Positions 31,926 to 42,278 of a stretch of DNA of 55,608 bases are shown piece after piece. Origin of the DNA: Candidatus Wolfebacteria bacterium GW2011_GWE2_44_13. GTDB taxonomy: Bacteria; Patescibacteriota; Minisyncoccia; UBA6257; UBA9933. Position numbers and translations under genes: made by a program. Below the pieces are notes generated by a model. It had not been told where the DNA came from, ran no database searches, and saw only the letters and a program-made list of their open reading frames with translations. The first letter of the stretch is position 1, and each line of letters begins with the position of its first letter. The stretch is taken from positions 160,686-216,293 of the forward strand of contig LCHW01000001.1 of NCBI GenBank assembly GCA_001000675.1, written 5' to 3'.

Positions 31926-34900
31926 ATGAGCGGCAAGCGTATTGAACAATCACAGCTTCGCACGATCGATCGGTTAGCTAAAGAACTTTCATCAGTTACG
32001 CAACTTTCGTTCGATGGGCGAACGGCGCATGCCTTTTCTCGAGACGCAAAAGCGACCATCATCCGCATTCGGGCGATGTATCGATCGTTGACGGATAATT
32101 TTTCAAAAAATATTTATTTTACCCAGAGTATCGAATTGCTCCTGGATAATTTTCCGTACGTTATTGATAGCGCACTTACCGAGTTGCTTGAGCGATGGCA
32201 AGATCGCGAGACGATGCATATTCCACAAATGGTTGATCGCAATGGTAAAAAACGGCCGCGTGCATATTTGATTGCACACGCGCTGACGAGTGCTACCGAT
32301 GCAAATATTAATCGCGAATCCGTGCTTGCGTTTCTTGATAGTTATCAGCGAATGGCCCCGCTTTCTATTCGTGAACTCGATATTTTCCCGGACATGTTGC
32401 GATTTGTTCTGCTCGAAGAGACGCTACGAGTTATGCAAGCGACTCTTGATGCGTATCAGGAAATTGCTAATGCGGAAAAGTGGTTTATTCGTGTACTTAA
32501 TGCGGTGGATCGGCGGGAAAGTGATGAGCGGCTTACGCAACTCACAATCATGCTCGCGAAACAGTACACCGTTATCCCATTACATTTCAGCTTTCATTTA
32601 TTGCAACGTATCTCCCAGTCTGGCAAAGAAAAGGAGTTGCGTATTATGAGTAAGTGGCTCAAGTTAACGCTTGCGCGGCGTGGGTTTGGATATGCACGTC
32701 TCTCAAACTTAATTGTCCGCACTGATCGTGAACAGGCAGCTACGTTTAGCGCCGCTATTAATGCATTGCGTTGGCTCGCACAGATGCGATGGGATCGAGT
32801 CTCCGCGCCATTGAATGTTGTCGACGCAGTGTTGCGCCGTGACCCTGCGGAATGTTTTGAGCAGTTGTCTGATGAAACACTTGGACAGTATCGACGAGCC
32901 GTTGTGCGTATTGCTGGTAAAACGGGCGTGCATGATGTTGAAGTTGCTCGAGAAGCAGTGCGTTTTGCACGGCTCGCACAGGAGGATAGCGGGCAGCCAA
33001 AGCGACAATCCCATGTTGGGTATTTTCTTATTGACGAAGGCGTTATGGCGCTTGAACGAGCATTCGGATATCGTCCTACGATACGGGAACGGTTGCGGCG
33101 GTTCGTTCGTGCGCATGCGACACAGTTGTATTTAGGAGGGATTGCGTTCGTTACTGCATTGGTTGTATGTATTGTATTCCTATTGGGCGGAGGAGCGAGA
33201 ACACCGTGGTTCGTAGATCTACTATTATTCCTTGCAACAGTAGTGCTTGCTTCGGAAGTGGGGAGTGTGTGTATGCACTATCTTGCGGTACGTCTCTTGG
33301 AGCCGCGTGTACTTCCTTGTCTTAATCTTGAATCAGGCGTTGGGCCCGATCGACGAACACTGGTTGTTATGCCATCGATGTTGCGCAATTCGGAGTCAAC
33401 GCAACGGTTATTACGGAGACTTGAAACTAATTGTATCGCCAATGTCGATCCTGATGTGTTTTTTGTTGCGTTAATGGATTTTCGCGATTCGGTTGAAGAA
33501 TTTTCGGAGACAGACACAGCACTGGTTGCTGAATTTGCAGCGGGCATTGAGGAACTTAATGCGCGATACCCGTCCACCATTCCGCGTTTCGCGCTGTTTC
33601 ATCGCTATCGCAAATGGAATGTGGCGGAAAAAGTTTATATGGGGTGGGAGCGCAAGCGAGGGAAGCTGCGCGAGTTTAACGAGCTGTTGCGCGGAAAAGA
33701 AACGTCGTACGTGGAGGGGTCGCTTGAACGAGCAGCCCAGTTTGGCCATGTGCAGTATATTGTGACAATCGATGAAGATACCGAGCTCGTGCGTGATAGT
33801 GCAAGTATACTTATTGGTACAATCGACCATCCGTTGAATCGTCCGGTTATCGATCCTGATCGACGCGTGGTTACTCAGGGATATGGCATTATCGAACCAC
33901 GCCTTGCTGTGCGATTTAGCGAAGGAACCTCGTCGCTGTTTGCGCGTCTTTTTGGCGGTTTTCCAGGCATTGAAGCTTATTCGTCCTTCATATCCGACTT
34001 ACATCAAGACCTATTTGGCGAAGGTATTTTTCATGGAAAAGGAATCTATGATATCGACGCTGTTGAAGCGACGATGCGCGATCGTATTCCGGAGAACACG
34101 ATATTAAGCCATGACTTATTAGAGGGGCTCTATGCACGGGTTGGTCTTGCAAGCGGCGCACATATTCTTGAAGGGTTTCCTCAGGGCTACCATGAATATA
34201 TGAAGCGTGCTCATCGGTGGACGCGCGGCGATTGGCAAATCGCGCAGTGGGCGTTCACGCGCCGTGGTTGTGTATTTTCTGCAATTGGACGATGGAAGAT
34301 TTTTGATAATTTGCGCAGAAATATGCTTCCTATCGCACTTGTCGCTGTAGTTATGGCGACGCTGTTTTCTCACGCAGATGTATTTATATGGAGTGTTGTT
34401 GCACTCGGTTCACTTGGGTTTGGACAATTATTTCCGGCGTTAATTCATGCAATCATAACGGCAACTTCGCTTGATCGACGAACTGGTTTGTATTATCGGT
34501 TGCGAATCACGGGGGCTGCAATTGGTGTCGCGTTCATTAAGACGATCTTGTTGGGCGTATTTGCTTTGCACGCAACAGTTATTACACTCGACGCAATCAC
34601 GCGGAGTATGTGGCGTTTATTCATTTCGAAACGTAAATTGCTTGAGTGGCAGACGGCTTATGAAACTGCTGCTCGAGCACGAAAAGGTATTATGCATTTT
34701 ATTGGGTTTATGTGGCGCAGCACCACCATTTCATTTGTATTAATGATGCTCGTATTGTTTGCTCCGCATCCTGTGCTTGAACCGGTTACGTTGCTCTGGG
34801 CGATTGCGTGGCTTTCTGCACCTTTTGTTGCTCGCTTGATGAGCTACCGATTTATTCGATCAACTCGATTGCGTGCAAGCGATGCGCAGTACTTACGGGC

Positions 34901-37900
34901 CATCGCGGCGCGAACCTATTGGTTTTTTTCCGATATGGCGACAAAGGAAAGCCAATGGCTTATGCCCGATCATTTTCAGGAAGAACCGGTTGCAAAGCGG
35001 CATATGTTTGGACTTGGGCTATCGCCGACAAATCTTGGTATGTACCTGCTCTCCCTTTCGGCTGGACGCGCGATGGGGTTCGTCGATATGAAACGTTATG
35101 CGGAGCGCATTGAGAATGCATTTCGTAGTATTGATCGTCTTGAACGATACAGGGGGCATTTTTTCAATTGGTATGAACTGAAAGGACTTTCCGCGTTGCG
35201 ACCAAAGTACGTTTCTAGTGTTGATAGCGCTAATCTTGCGTTGTCGCTTGTTGCGTTGCGCGGTGCTATTGGGGAGGCGCTTCGTGCCCCGCTTGTTTCG
35301 ATCGAAATGATTACAGGAGCTGATGCTAGCCTCGCGGTTCTTTTTGATGCGTGCCAACAGGCCCTGCGTGTAAACGGTCTTGATATTGAAGATAAGAATA
35401 TGATATTGGCAATCCGTACTACTACTGTCGAAGCGCGTGCAACACTTGCACGCACAGGCGCATTTCCATTGACCGTACAACTATGCGAAAAGACGCTCGC
35501 TACTGTATCGAGAGAGCTTTCTTCTGTTGGGAGTATGGTGGATACGCTTCACACACGCGGAAGAGGTGATGTGTACGGTGATGTTTTTTTTGCTGCGCGC
35601 CATAGTATGGAATCTATTATTGCAATGCATGATGCTGTTGAGCTCTATTGTGGCTATATGGTAGCCCCTGTGATTTCTTGCGTTGATTCAATCCCTTCAT
35701 TACGTGTTCCGTACGCACAGTTATTGGAAGCGATTGCTCATATTCCAACTATTCAAACATTGTCAGATGGCACAATACGCGAACAGCTTGATCGTATTGG
35801 ATTTGCGAAAATACTTACTACTGTTGATGCGTCTACTAAAGATATTGCATTGGTGTATGCGTGGCATAATGAATTTTTGGCTCGACTTGCGCGATCTGAA
35901 GAGGCTGCACGCACAGTACAGCGACAACTCTCTGTGGCAAAACGCTTAGCTGATGGGTATGTCGATACGATGGACTTCACGTTTTTGTATGATGCTGAGC
36001 GAGGATTATTTCATAGTGGATTTAACGCTACAACCGAACATCTTGATGATGCATTTTACGACCTCCTGGCATCGGAGGCGAACTCGGCGAGTATTTTTGG
36101 TATTGCAAAGCGCGCTGTACCAGCACGTCACTGGACGTACCTTGGACGGAAGTTAATCAAAGGAAGGGGCGGTAAGGCACTGGTTGCTTCGTGGGCAGGT
36201 TCGTTATTTGAGTATCTTGGCACATTGATTTATTTCGACGTTCCCCGTAAAAGTTTTTGGGGCATTTCTGCGCGTCGTGCAATCGATTCGCATCGGCGTT
36301 TTGCACACCGGTTTGGTATTCCGTGGGGAATGGGCGAGTCGGCTTCTGCGGATCTCGATATCGAGCATAACTATCATTACCAGGCATTTGGCGATCCATC
36401 GCTTGGGTACAAACGGGGACTATCTGAATTTGCTGTGGTTGCGCCTTATGCGACAGCGCTCGCACTTCCGTTTAATCCTTCGCTTGCGATTAATAATTTT
36501 CGTGCATTGATGCGTGCAGGTGCATTTGGAGGATATGGATTTTATGACGCGATTGATTATACCGGCATCGAAAAAAATAAGCGTATGCACGGGCGACCGG
36601 CGCGTATCTATTTCGCACATCACCAAGGGTTTATTTTAACGTCGATTGCTAACGCATTGATGAATGGGTGGGTTCGTCGTTTGGTTGCGGAAGATCCTGC
36701 TATGGTAGTTGCGACGCAACTGTTTGAAGAAAAGATGCCGGATGTTCCTACAGTGGAGCCGGTTTCAGCTGTTGCCCCTGCTGTTGAGCGCGTCTCTCTT
36801 CGGTCAGTAGAACAAGATGCACCGCGGCGGTATATTCCTGTGCGCACAAAGGAGGCACAGCTTCGTGTATTATCTAACGGCTCATATCACGTTTCTATTA
36901 CGAGCACTGGTGCGGGTAGTAGTCGATATGATAATTTGCGCATCACCGAGAAATGCGACAACATGCTCGAAGAATCGCAGGGAACATTCTTTTACCTTTT
37001 CGATAAAAAGCGAAACGCATTGTGGTCTCCAACATTTATGCCAACGAAGACGCCTGGTGCGCGTAGTAATGTTTCTGTGGGCGAAGAAGTTATTTCGTTC
37101 GAAAAAATATATGAAGGAATTACGAGCCGCATGACGGTTGCCGTTGACCCTCATTCTCCGGTCGAAGTGCGTGAACTTTCTTTACTAAATCGGCGTACCG
37201 AACCAGTAACGCTTACGATTGGTGTGTGTGCTGACATTGCACTTTCTCGCGGAAGTGCAGAAGCGGCTCATCCAAATTATGAGCGATTATTTATTGCGTC
37301 AACGACGGCATTTGATGGAGCGGCTTCCTTGTTTTCTCGCCCCGATCCTCGTGATCGCGAAAAAACGGTTAGTGCTGGAGCTATGATTGTGTCTTCGGAT
37401 TCGATTAGCGAGCTTGCGGCAGTGCGAGGCCGAGAAGTATTTTTCGGATCCCCTATGTACAAACGCGAGCCTGCAATTATGCGTGATCCGTCCCGCGCAG
37501 CCACTGAACTTCCCCAGTATACACTCGACAGTGCAGCTGGGTTCGTATGGACAATGACTATTAAGCCAGGGGAGACACAAAACGTTGCGTTTGTTCTTGC
37601 AGCCGGAGATTCCAATACGTCTGTAGAGCACACGCTCGAGCCCTTTCGCTCATATTCGGCGATTGAACGACTCATACACAATGCGGATAAGGCGGGAGGG
37701 TATCTACTCGATTCTCTTGCGATTTCCTCTTCGCAAGCTGAAACATTTTCTGCACTCGCATCGTTGTTAAGTGTCCGTTCTCGGTATACGAGTACAGTTG
37801 AGGCTCCAGAGATACCTGCAATTGGCTCGGTGTGGAAGTGTGGCATTTCTGGAACGCGTCCTATTTTTGTGCTTGCGGTATCTGCGGTTACCCATCTCTC

Positions 37901-40694
37901 AATTATTCGACAGGTAATCTCGTGCCATACTTATTTTATTAAAAAAGGTATCAAGGCTGACATTGTTATTTTTAATGAACATGCAGGGGGATATTTAAAA
38001 ACATTTGAAGATGAGATCGACTTCTTGTTGTATACATCTACGCACGGTGCCGTTTCTGAGACGAGTAATATTGTGCATGTGCGGGGTGACCAATTTTCTC
38101 CCGATGAGCAAATTTTATTACGATCCGTTACGCCGGTTTGGATTGATGCACGTAAACAGACGCTTGCCGATGCTGTTTCTGCATTGATGCGTATGCCTGA
38201 ACCTCTAATTCCTTCTAAGCTTATCACGAGCGAGCAGACACAAAAACGTATTAAGAATATTGCTCCCATAGAAGATGCACCCAGTTCTCTTATGTTTGAA
38301 AATGGATTTGGTGGATTTGATGTTGATACGCATGACTATGTTATTCGTATGACTAAGGAGCGACGTCCTCCTGTGCCATGGACGAACGTTGTTGCCAACC
38401 CGCACTTCGGCTTTCTTGCGACTGATCGGGGCATGTCTTTCACGTGGGGACTTAATAGTGTTGAAAACAAATTAACCGTACCCTACAATGATCCGCTTGC
38501 TTCACTCACCGGAGAGGCAATCTACGTGCGTGATAATCGTACGGGAGAATTCTGGAGCCCGTTGCCGGTTATCGGAGATCGTACCGCTTCGTATGAGGTT
38601 CGTCACGGACAAGGCTATTCTTTGTACAACACATTGCAAGGAGGGCTTGCGCTTGCTTTGCGCATGACCATTGATCCTGATCATCCGATTAAGTATCTTT
38701 CGCTGTCTGTGCGTAATACTGCATCGACCGATCGTGACCTTTCAGTACTTGGCTATTTCGAGTTACTCCTTGGTAATACGATTAAAGAAACCGGGAAGCA
38801 TCTTTCATTTTTTTTACTGTCGGGAAACTGTATCGTTGCACGACAATCGCGTTCGAATGCATTTCCAGACCTTCGTACCGTTGTGGGCATTGCGGGAGGG
38901 GCTGATCATTTTACGTTGAGCAAAAAAGAGTTTGTTGGGCGGTTCAATGACCTCCGTACTCCCGATGCGATTGCGTCCGCGCAGCTTTCTTCTGATGTGT
39001 TATTTAGCGGTGAGCCATGTGCTGCGTTATCCCATTCAATTCTTGTACAAGCGGGAGAAGAAGTGACTGTCGATTTCTTTATGGGCGAGACGGATCAGAA
39101 TTCCGTTACTGCATTATATGAACGAGCGAACACGGCGGGCGCTGCGTCTGCTGCGTTTGACGCAAGTCGAAATCAGTGGGATCAATTGCCGCGCGTTTCG
39201 TTTGACCTTCCTGATGCATCTCTTGCGCTGTTATGTAATCGTCTTCTTCCCTATCAGACATTAACTTCACGTATTTATGGACGCACTGGGTTTGCACAGA
39301 TCGGCGGTGCATTTGGATTTCGCGACCAACTGCAGGATGCACTTGCATTACTGTGGATTGATTCGCAATGGGTGAGAAGCCATATTCTTGCGTCTGCTGC
39401 GCACCAGTTCATTGAAGGCGATGTGTTGTCGTGGTGGCATCCACATAATAATTTTGGTGCGAGAACCCGATTGTCCGATCCGCATCTTTGGTTGCCGTAT
39501 GTTGTTGCGCGCTATATTCGATTTACGGGAGACACGTCTATTCTTGATGAAAAGATTCCTTATCTTGTTGGTGATATTCCTGACGCTGAAACGCAGAGTG
39601 TTGTAGGAATATTTTCTGCAGGAACGAACAACGAATCATTGTACGATCACTGTGTTCGAGCGATTGAGCATGCATTAACAGTTGGTCCGAACGGGTTGCC
39701 GTTGATGGGTGCCGCGGATTGGAATGATGGATTGAATAATGTGGGTCCCGAGGGGCGTGGAGAAAGTGTATGGCTCGCGTGGTTTACCATCGCAGTATTA
39801 CGCGATATGCGTGCAATGACCGATGCCCGCGGCGATCATGATCGTGCTGAGCGATATGCTAAACAAGAGCACGCGTATCACGATGCGATTATGCGACACG
39901 GATGGGACGGAAAGTGGTTTCGCCGCGCGTATACTGATACTGGCATTCCGATTGGAGCTGCAACTGCTAAGGAATTTCGCATCGATTCCGTTGTGCAATC
40001 ATGGGCGCAGTTTATTGATGGCAATACGCCTGAAGTGTTGCAGGCACTGCAATCGGCAAAAGAAGAATTACACATTTGGGATGGTATTGTTTCGCTCGCT
40101 TGGCCACCATCAACACGCGACGAGCTTGATCTTGGTACTATTTCTGACTATGCCCCTGGCATTCGTGAAAATGGAGCCCAATATAATCATGCGGCACTGT
40201 GGTTTGCTCGCGCCTTGTTCGAGGCAGGGGATCCAGATAGTGCTATGGTGATTATCGATGCGGTAAATCCTATTAAGCGAAGCGAAACGCCAGAGCGTGC
40301 CACGCTGTATCGCGGGGAGCCGTATGCGGTTGCTGCTGATATTTATGCAAAACCTACCTATGAAGGGCGCGCGGGATGGACATGGTACACTGCTTCTTCG
40401 GGATTGTTTTATCGGACTGTAATTGAGCAATTGTTGGGGCTGCGACGCACGGGGGAGTGGTTGTCATTTGTGCCTGTGTTCCCATCCGACTGGAGTGAGG
40501 CTTCTGTAATAATTCCGTTTGGAGCTACGTCCTATCATATTCGGTACGAAGTTGTTGATGTTGGGTCTGTGGAAGCGCCTGGGGTTGTACTTGACGGTGT
40601 GCGTGCTGTTGAAAACAAAATATTACTTGTTGATGATAAGCGCGAACACGTAGTGATTGTGCGATTTGTGCGCCGTGCCCCGCAGGCAAAATAA
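31926..40694 (+). CDS. ndvB: cyclic beta-1,2-glucan synthase-like giant protein (NdvB/ChvB/Cgs architecture: GT84-like + TM region + glucoamylase-like + GH94 phosphorylase-like)
   Basis: Continuous ~2.9k-aa ORF (track start 31896; ATG 31926 is preferred from the promoter geometry). Motifs: GWERKRGKLREFN, IDEDTEL, AHRWTRGDWQ, multiple TM helices, LSPTNLGMYL, FGFRDQLQD, GDVLSWWHP and ADWNDGLN. Confidence 0.85.
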   Translation: MSGKRIEQSQLRTIDRLAKELSSVTQLSFDGRTAHAFSRDAKATIIRIRAMYRSLTDNFSKNIYFTQSIELLLDNFPYVIDSALTELLERWQDRETMHIPQMVDRNGKKRPRAYLIAHALTSATDANINRESVLAFLDSYQRMAPLSIRELDIFPDMLRFVLLEETLRVMQATLDAYQEIANAEKWFIRVLNAVDRRESDERLTQLTIMLAKQYTVIPLHFSFHLLQRISQSGKEKELRIMSKWLKLTLARRGFGYARLSNLIVRTDREQAATFSAAINALRWLAQMRWDRVSAPLNVVDAVLRRDPAECFEQLSDETLGQYRRAVVRIAGKTGVHDVEVAREAVRFARLAQEDSGQPKRQSHVGYFLIDEGVMALERAFGYRPTIRERLRRFVRAHATQLYLGGIAFVTALVVCIVFLLGGGARTPWFVDLLLFLATVVLASEVGSVCMHYLAVRLLEPRVLPCLNLESGVGPDRRTLVVMPSMLRNSESTQRLLRRLETNCIANVDPDVFFVALMDFRDSVEEFSETDTALVAEFAAGIEELNARYPSTIPRFALFHRYRKWNVAEKVYMGWERKRGKLREFNELLRGKETSYVEGSLERAAQFGHVQYIVTIDEDTELVRDSASILIGTIDHPLNRPVIDPDRRVVTQGYGIIEPRLAVRFSEGTSSLFARLFGGFPGIEAYSSFISDLHQDLFGEGIFHGKGIYDIDAVEATMRDRIPENTILSHDLLEGLYARVGLASGAHILEGFPQGYHEYMKRAHRWTRGDWQIAQWAFTRRGCVFSAIGRWKIFDNLRRNMLPIALVAVVMATLFSHADVFIWSVVALGSLGFGQLFPALIHAIITATSLDRRTGLYYRLRITGAAIGVAFIKTILLGVFALHATVITLDAITRSMWRLFISKRKLLEWQTAYETAARARKGIMHFIGFMWRSTTISFVLMMLVLFAPHPVLEPVTLLWAIAWLSAPFVARLMSYRFIRSTRLRASDAQYLRAIAARTYWFFSDMATKESQWLMPDHFQEEPVAKRHMFGLGLSPTNLGMYLLSLSAGRAMGFVDMKRYAERIENAFRSIDRLERYRGHFFNWYELKGLSALRPKYVSSVDSANLALSLVALRGAIGEALRAPLVSIEMITGADASLAVLFDACQQALRVNGLDIEDKNMILAIRTTTVEARATLARTGAFPLTVQLCEKTLATVSRELSSVGSMVDTLHTRGRGDVYGDVFFAARHSMESIIAMHDAVELYCGYMVAPVISCVDSIPSLRVPYAQLLEAIAHIPTIQTLSDGTIREQLDRIGFAKILTTVDASTKDIALVYAWHNEFLARLARSEEAARTVQRQLSVAKRLADGYVDTMDFTFLYDAERGLFHSGFNATTEHLDDAFYDLLASEANSASIFGIAKRAVPARHWTYLGRKLIKGRGGKALVASWAGSLFEYLGTLIYFDVPRKSFWGISARRAIDSHRRFAHRFGIPWGMGESASADLDIEHNYHYQAFGDPSLGYKRGLSEFAVVAPYATALALPFNPSLAINNFRALMRAGAFGGYGFYDAIDYTGIEKNKRMHGRPARIYFAHHQGFILTSIANALMNGWVRRLVAEDPAMVVATQLFEEKMPDVPTVEPVSAVAPAVERVSLRSVEQDAPRRYIPVRTKEAQLRVLSNGSYHVSITSTGAGSSRYDNLRITEKCDNMLEESQGTFFYLFDKKRNALWSPTFMPTKTPGARSNVSVGEEVISFEKIYEGITSRMTVAVDPHSPVEVRELSLLNRRTEPVTLTIGVCADIALSRGSAEAAHPNYERLFIASTTAFDGAASLFSRPDPRDREKTVSAGAMIVSSDSISELAAVRGREVFFGSPMYKREPAIMRDPSRAATELPQYTLDSAAGFVWTMTIKPGETQNVAFVLAAGDSNTSVEHTLEPFRSYSAIERLIHNADKAGGYLLDSLAISSSQAETFSALASLLSVRSRYTSTVEAPEIPAIGSVWKCGISGTRPIFVLAVSAVTHLSIIRQVISCHTYFIKKGIKADIVIFNEHAGGYLKTFEDEIDFLLYTSTHGAVSETSNIVHVRGDQFSPDEQILLRSVTPVWIDARKQTLADAVSALMRMPEPLIPSKLITSEQTQKRIKNIAPIEDAPSSLMFENGFGGFDVDTHDYVIRMTKERRPPVPWTNVVANPHFGFLATDRGMSFTWGLNSVENKLTVPYNDPLASLTGEAIYVRDNRTGEFWSPLPVIGDRTASYEVRHGQGYSLYNTLQGGLALALRMTIDPDHPIKYLSLSVRNTASTDRDLSVLGYFELLLGNTIKETGKHLSFFLLSGNCIVARQSRSNAFPDLRTVVGIAGGADHFTLSKKEFVGRFNDLRTPDAIASAQLSSDVLFSGEPCAALSHSILVQAGEEVTVDFFMGETDQNSVTALYERANTAGAASAAFDASRNQWDQLPRVSFDLPDASLALLCNRLLPYQTLTSRIYGRTGFAQIGGAFGFRDQLQDALALLWIDSQWVRSHILASAAHQFIEGDVLSWWHPHNNFGARTRLSDPHLWLPYVVARYIRFTGDTSILDEKIPYLVGDIPDAETQSVVGIFSAGTNNESLYDHCVRAIEHALTVGPNGLPLMGAADWNDGLNNVGPEGRGESVWLAWFTIAVLRDMRAMTDARGDHDRAERYAKQEHAYHDAIMRHGWDGKWFRRAYTDTGIPIGAATAKEFRIDSVVQSWAQFIDGNTPEVLQALQSAKEELHIWDGIVSLAWPPSTRDELDLGTISDYAPGIRENGAQYNHAALWFARALFEAGDPDSAMVIIDAVNPIKRSETPERATLYRGEPYAVAADIYAKPTYEGRAGWTWYTASSGLFYRTVIEQLLGLRRTGEWLSFVPVFPSDWSEASVIIPFGATSYHIRYEVVDVGSVEAPGVVLDGVRAVENKILLVDDKREHVVIVRFVRRAPQAK

Positions 40695-40697
40695 AAA

Positions 40698-40722
40698 GCG
40701 TGCACGTTATTCATGTGCACGC
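40698..40722. terminator. hairpin shared by the convergent glucan-synthase and GIY-YIG genes
   Basis: GCGTGCAC-9 nt-GTGCACGC. It overlaps the last codons of the minus-strand gene. Confidence 0.5.
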
Positions 40723-40964
40723 ACAAGTTCTAGTTTCTTATTTCGTGGGAGACGCTTTATGGCAATCTCCCGCTTAAGTGCCGTTCCCTTATCGGGGCAT
40801 TGTTCGGAATAGATAATGCGCTTTGCTCCACGAGCAAACACATATTTAGATCCCTTGCCCGATGCGTGTTCAGTAAAGCGACGGGCAATGTCTGTTGCGA
40901 TGCCGGTATACAGTGTGCCATCGGCGCATTCGAGAATGTATACAAAGTAGGGAGTAGGGATCAT
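40707..40964 (-). CDS. GIY-YIG domain protein (UPF0213/YhbQ-like)
   Basis: 85 aa. YFVYILEC.DGTLYTGIATDIARRFTEH ... ALKREIAIKRL. Confidence 0.88.
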   Translation of the reverse strand: MIPTPYFVYILECADGTLYTGIATDIARRFTEHASGKGSKYVFARGAKRIIYSEQCPDKGTALKREIAIKRLPRNKKLELVRAHE

Positions 40965-41031
40965 AGCGGGTTATACTGTTAGTATATCAGGAATATTGTG
41001 TAATTTCTCAATGGAATGCGGCTGTATTTCA

Positions 41032-41040
41032 TGCTATACT
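41032..41040 (+). promoter_or_regulatory. extended -10 upstream of pilB (near-leaderless)
   Basis: TGcTATACT, 8 nt, then ATG at 41049. Confidence 0.4.
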
Positions 41041-41048
41041 ACTGTAGT

Positions 41049-42278
41049 ATGGCCGCACTAGATAAAGAATCGATTGAAAAATTACTGAAACAGCCGGAAG
41101 GCCAAGTTTCTATTATTGAACTTGTAAAAGGTATTATTGAGTTTGCGTATGTTTCTCGCGCATCTGATATTCACCTCGATCCGTTCGAAGATAAGCTTGT
41201 TGTGCGATTTCGTATCGATGGAGTTATGCACGATACGTTTCATATTCCGAAAAGTATCCATCCGGAGGTTATTAGTCGTATTAAGGTCCTTTCAGGATTG
41301 CGCACCGATGAACATCAAGTGCCGCAAGATGGACGATTGCAATTCATTACCTCAGATTCAGTGAAGTTCGATATTCGCGTTTCTATCGTGCCAACGTATC
41401 ATGAAGAAAACACGGTAATGCGTTTGTTGATTCAAGAAGGGCAGGCTGCTCGTGAACTCGAAACCATGGGTTTTTCAGAGCGTGATCTTAAGGTTGTTAA
41501 AAATGCTATCGCAAAACCGTACGGCATGTTGTTGGTTACTGGTCCGACCGGTTCAGGAAAAACAACAACGCTTTATACATTGCTGAAGAAATTAAATCAA
41601 CCGGAGGTGTCTATTATTACTATTGAAGATCCCGTTGAGTTCTCGCTTGAGGGAGTTGATCAGATACAGGTAAACCAACAAACAGGGCTTACGTTTGCTA
41701 CGGGGTTGCGTGCTATTTTGCGACAAGACCCAAACATTATCATGGTAGGAGAAATCCGCGATGAAGAAACAGCCGCTATCGCCGTTAACGCTGCGCTTAC
41801 AGGGCATTTACTCCTCTCAACGCTCCATACCAACGATGCAGCAACAACGTTGCCTCGATTACTGGATATGGGTATCGAGCCATTTTTGATTGCATCAACC
41901 GTTAATATCGCAGTTGGTCAGCGCTTGGTTCGTAAGATCTGTCCGGTATGTAAAGAAGAGAAAAAATATTCCGTTTCTGCTTTGGAAACATTGGGCTCCG
42001 CATTCCCCCCAGGGACGATTACCGCCGACGTTGCTTTCTATGAAGGAAAAGGATGTAAAACATGTAATAACACAGGGTATCTTGGACGTCTTCCTATCTA
42101 TGAGATTATGGATGCGTCTGATGCAATTCGCGAGGCCATCATTGCTCGCGCAAGTGCGGCCGATTTAAAAGCGATCGCTGTTCACGAAGGTATGACTACC
42201 ATGCTCGAAGATGGTATTCGCAAAGCAACACAAGGGCTTACTACATTAGAAGAAATTCTTCGCGTTATTCATGGCTAA
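41049..42278 (+). CDS. pilB: type IV pilus / type II secretion assembly ATPase (GspE/PilB family)
   Basis: ASDIHL, Walker A GPTGSGKTTT, IMVGEIRD, and a tetracysteine CPVC...CKTC. The track start is 41016; ATG 41049 is preferred. Confidence 0.9.
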   Translation: MAALDKESIEKLLKQPEGQVSIIELVKGIIEFAYVSRASDIHLDPFEDKLVVRFRIDGVMHDTFHIPKSIHPEVISRIKVLSGLRTDEHQVPQDGRLQFITSDSVKFDIRVSIVPTYHEENTVMRLLIQEGQAARELETMGFSERDLKVVKNAIAKPYGMLLVTGPTGSGKTTTLYTLLKKLNQPEVSIITIEDPVEFSLEGVDQIQVNQQTGLTFATGLRAILRQDPNIIMVGEIRDEETAAIAVNAALTGHLLLSTLHTNDAATTLPRLLDMGIEPFLIASTVNIAVGQRLVRKICPVCKEEKKYSVSALETLGSAFPPGTITADVAFYEGKGCKTCNNTGYLGRLPIYEIMDASDAIREAIIARASAADLKAIAVHEGMTTMLEDGIRKATQGLTTLEEILRVIHG

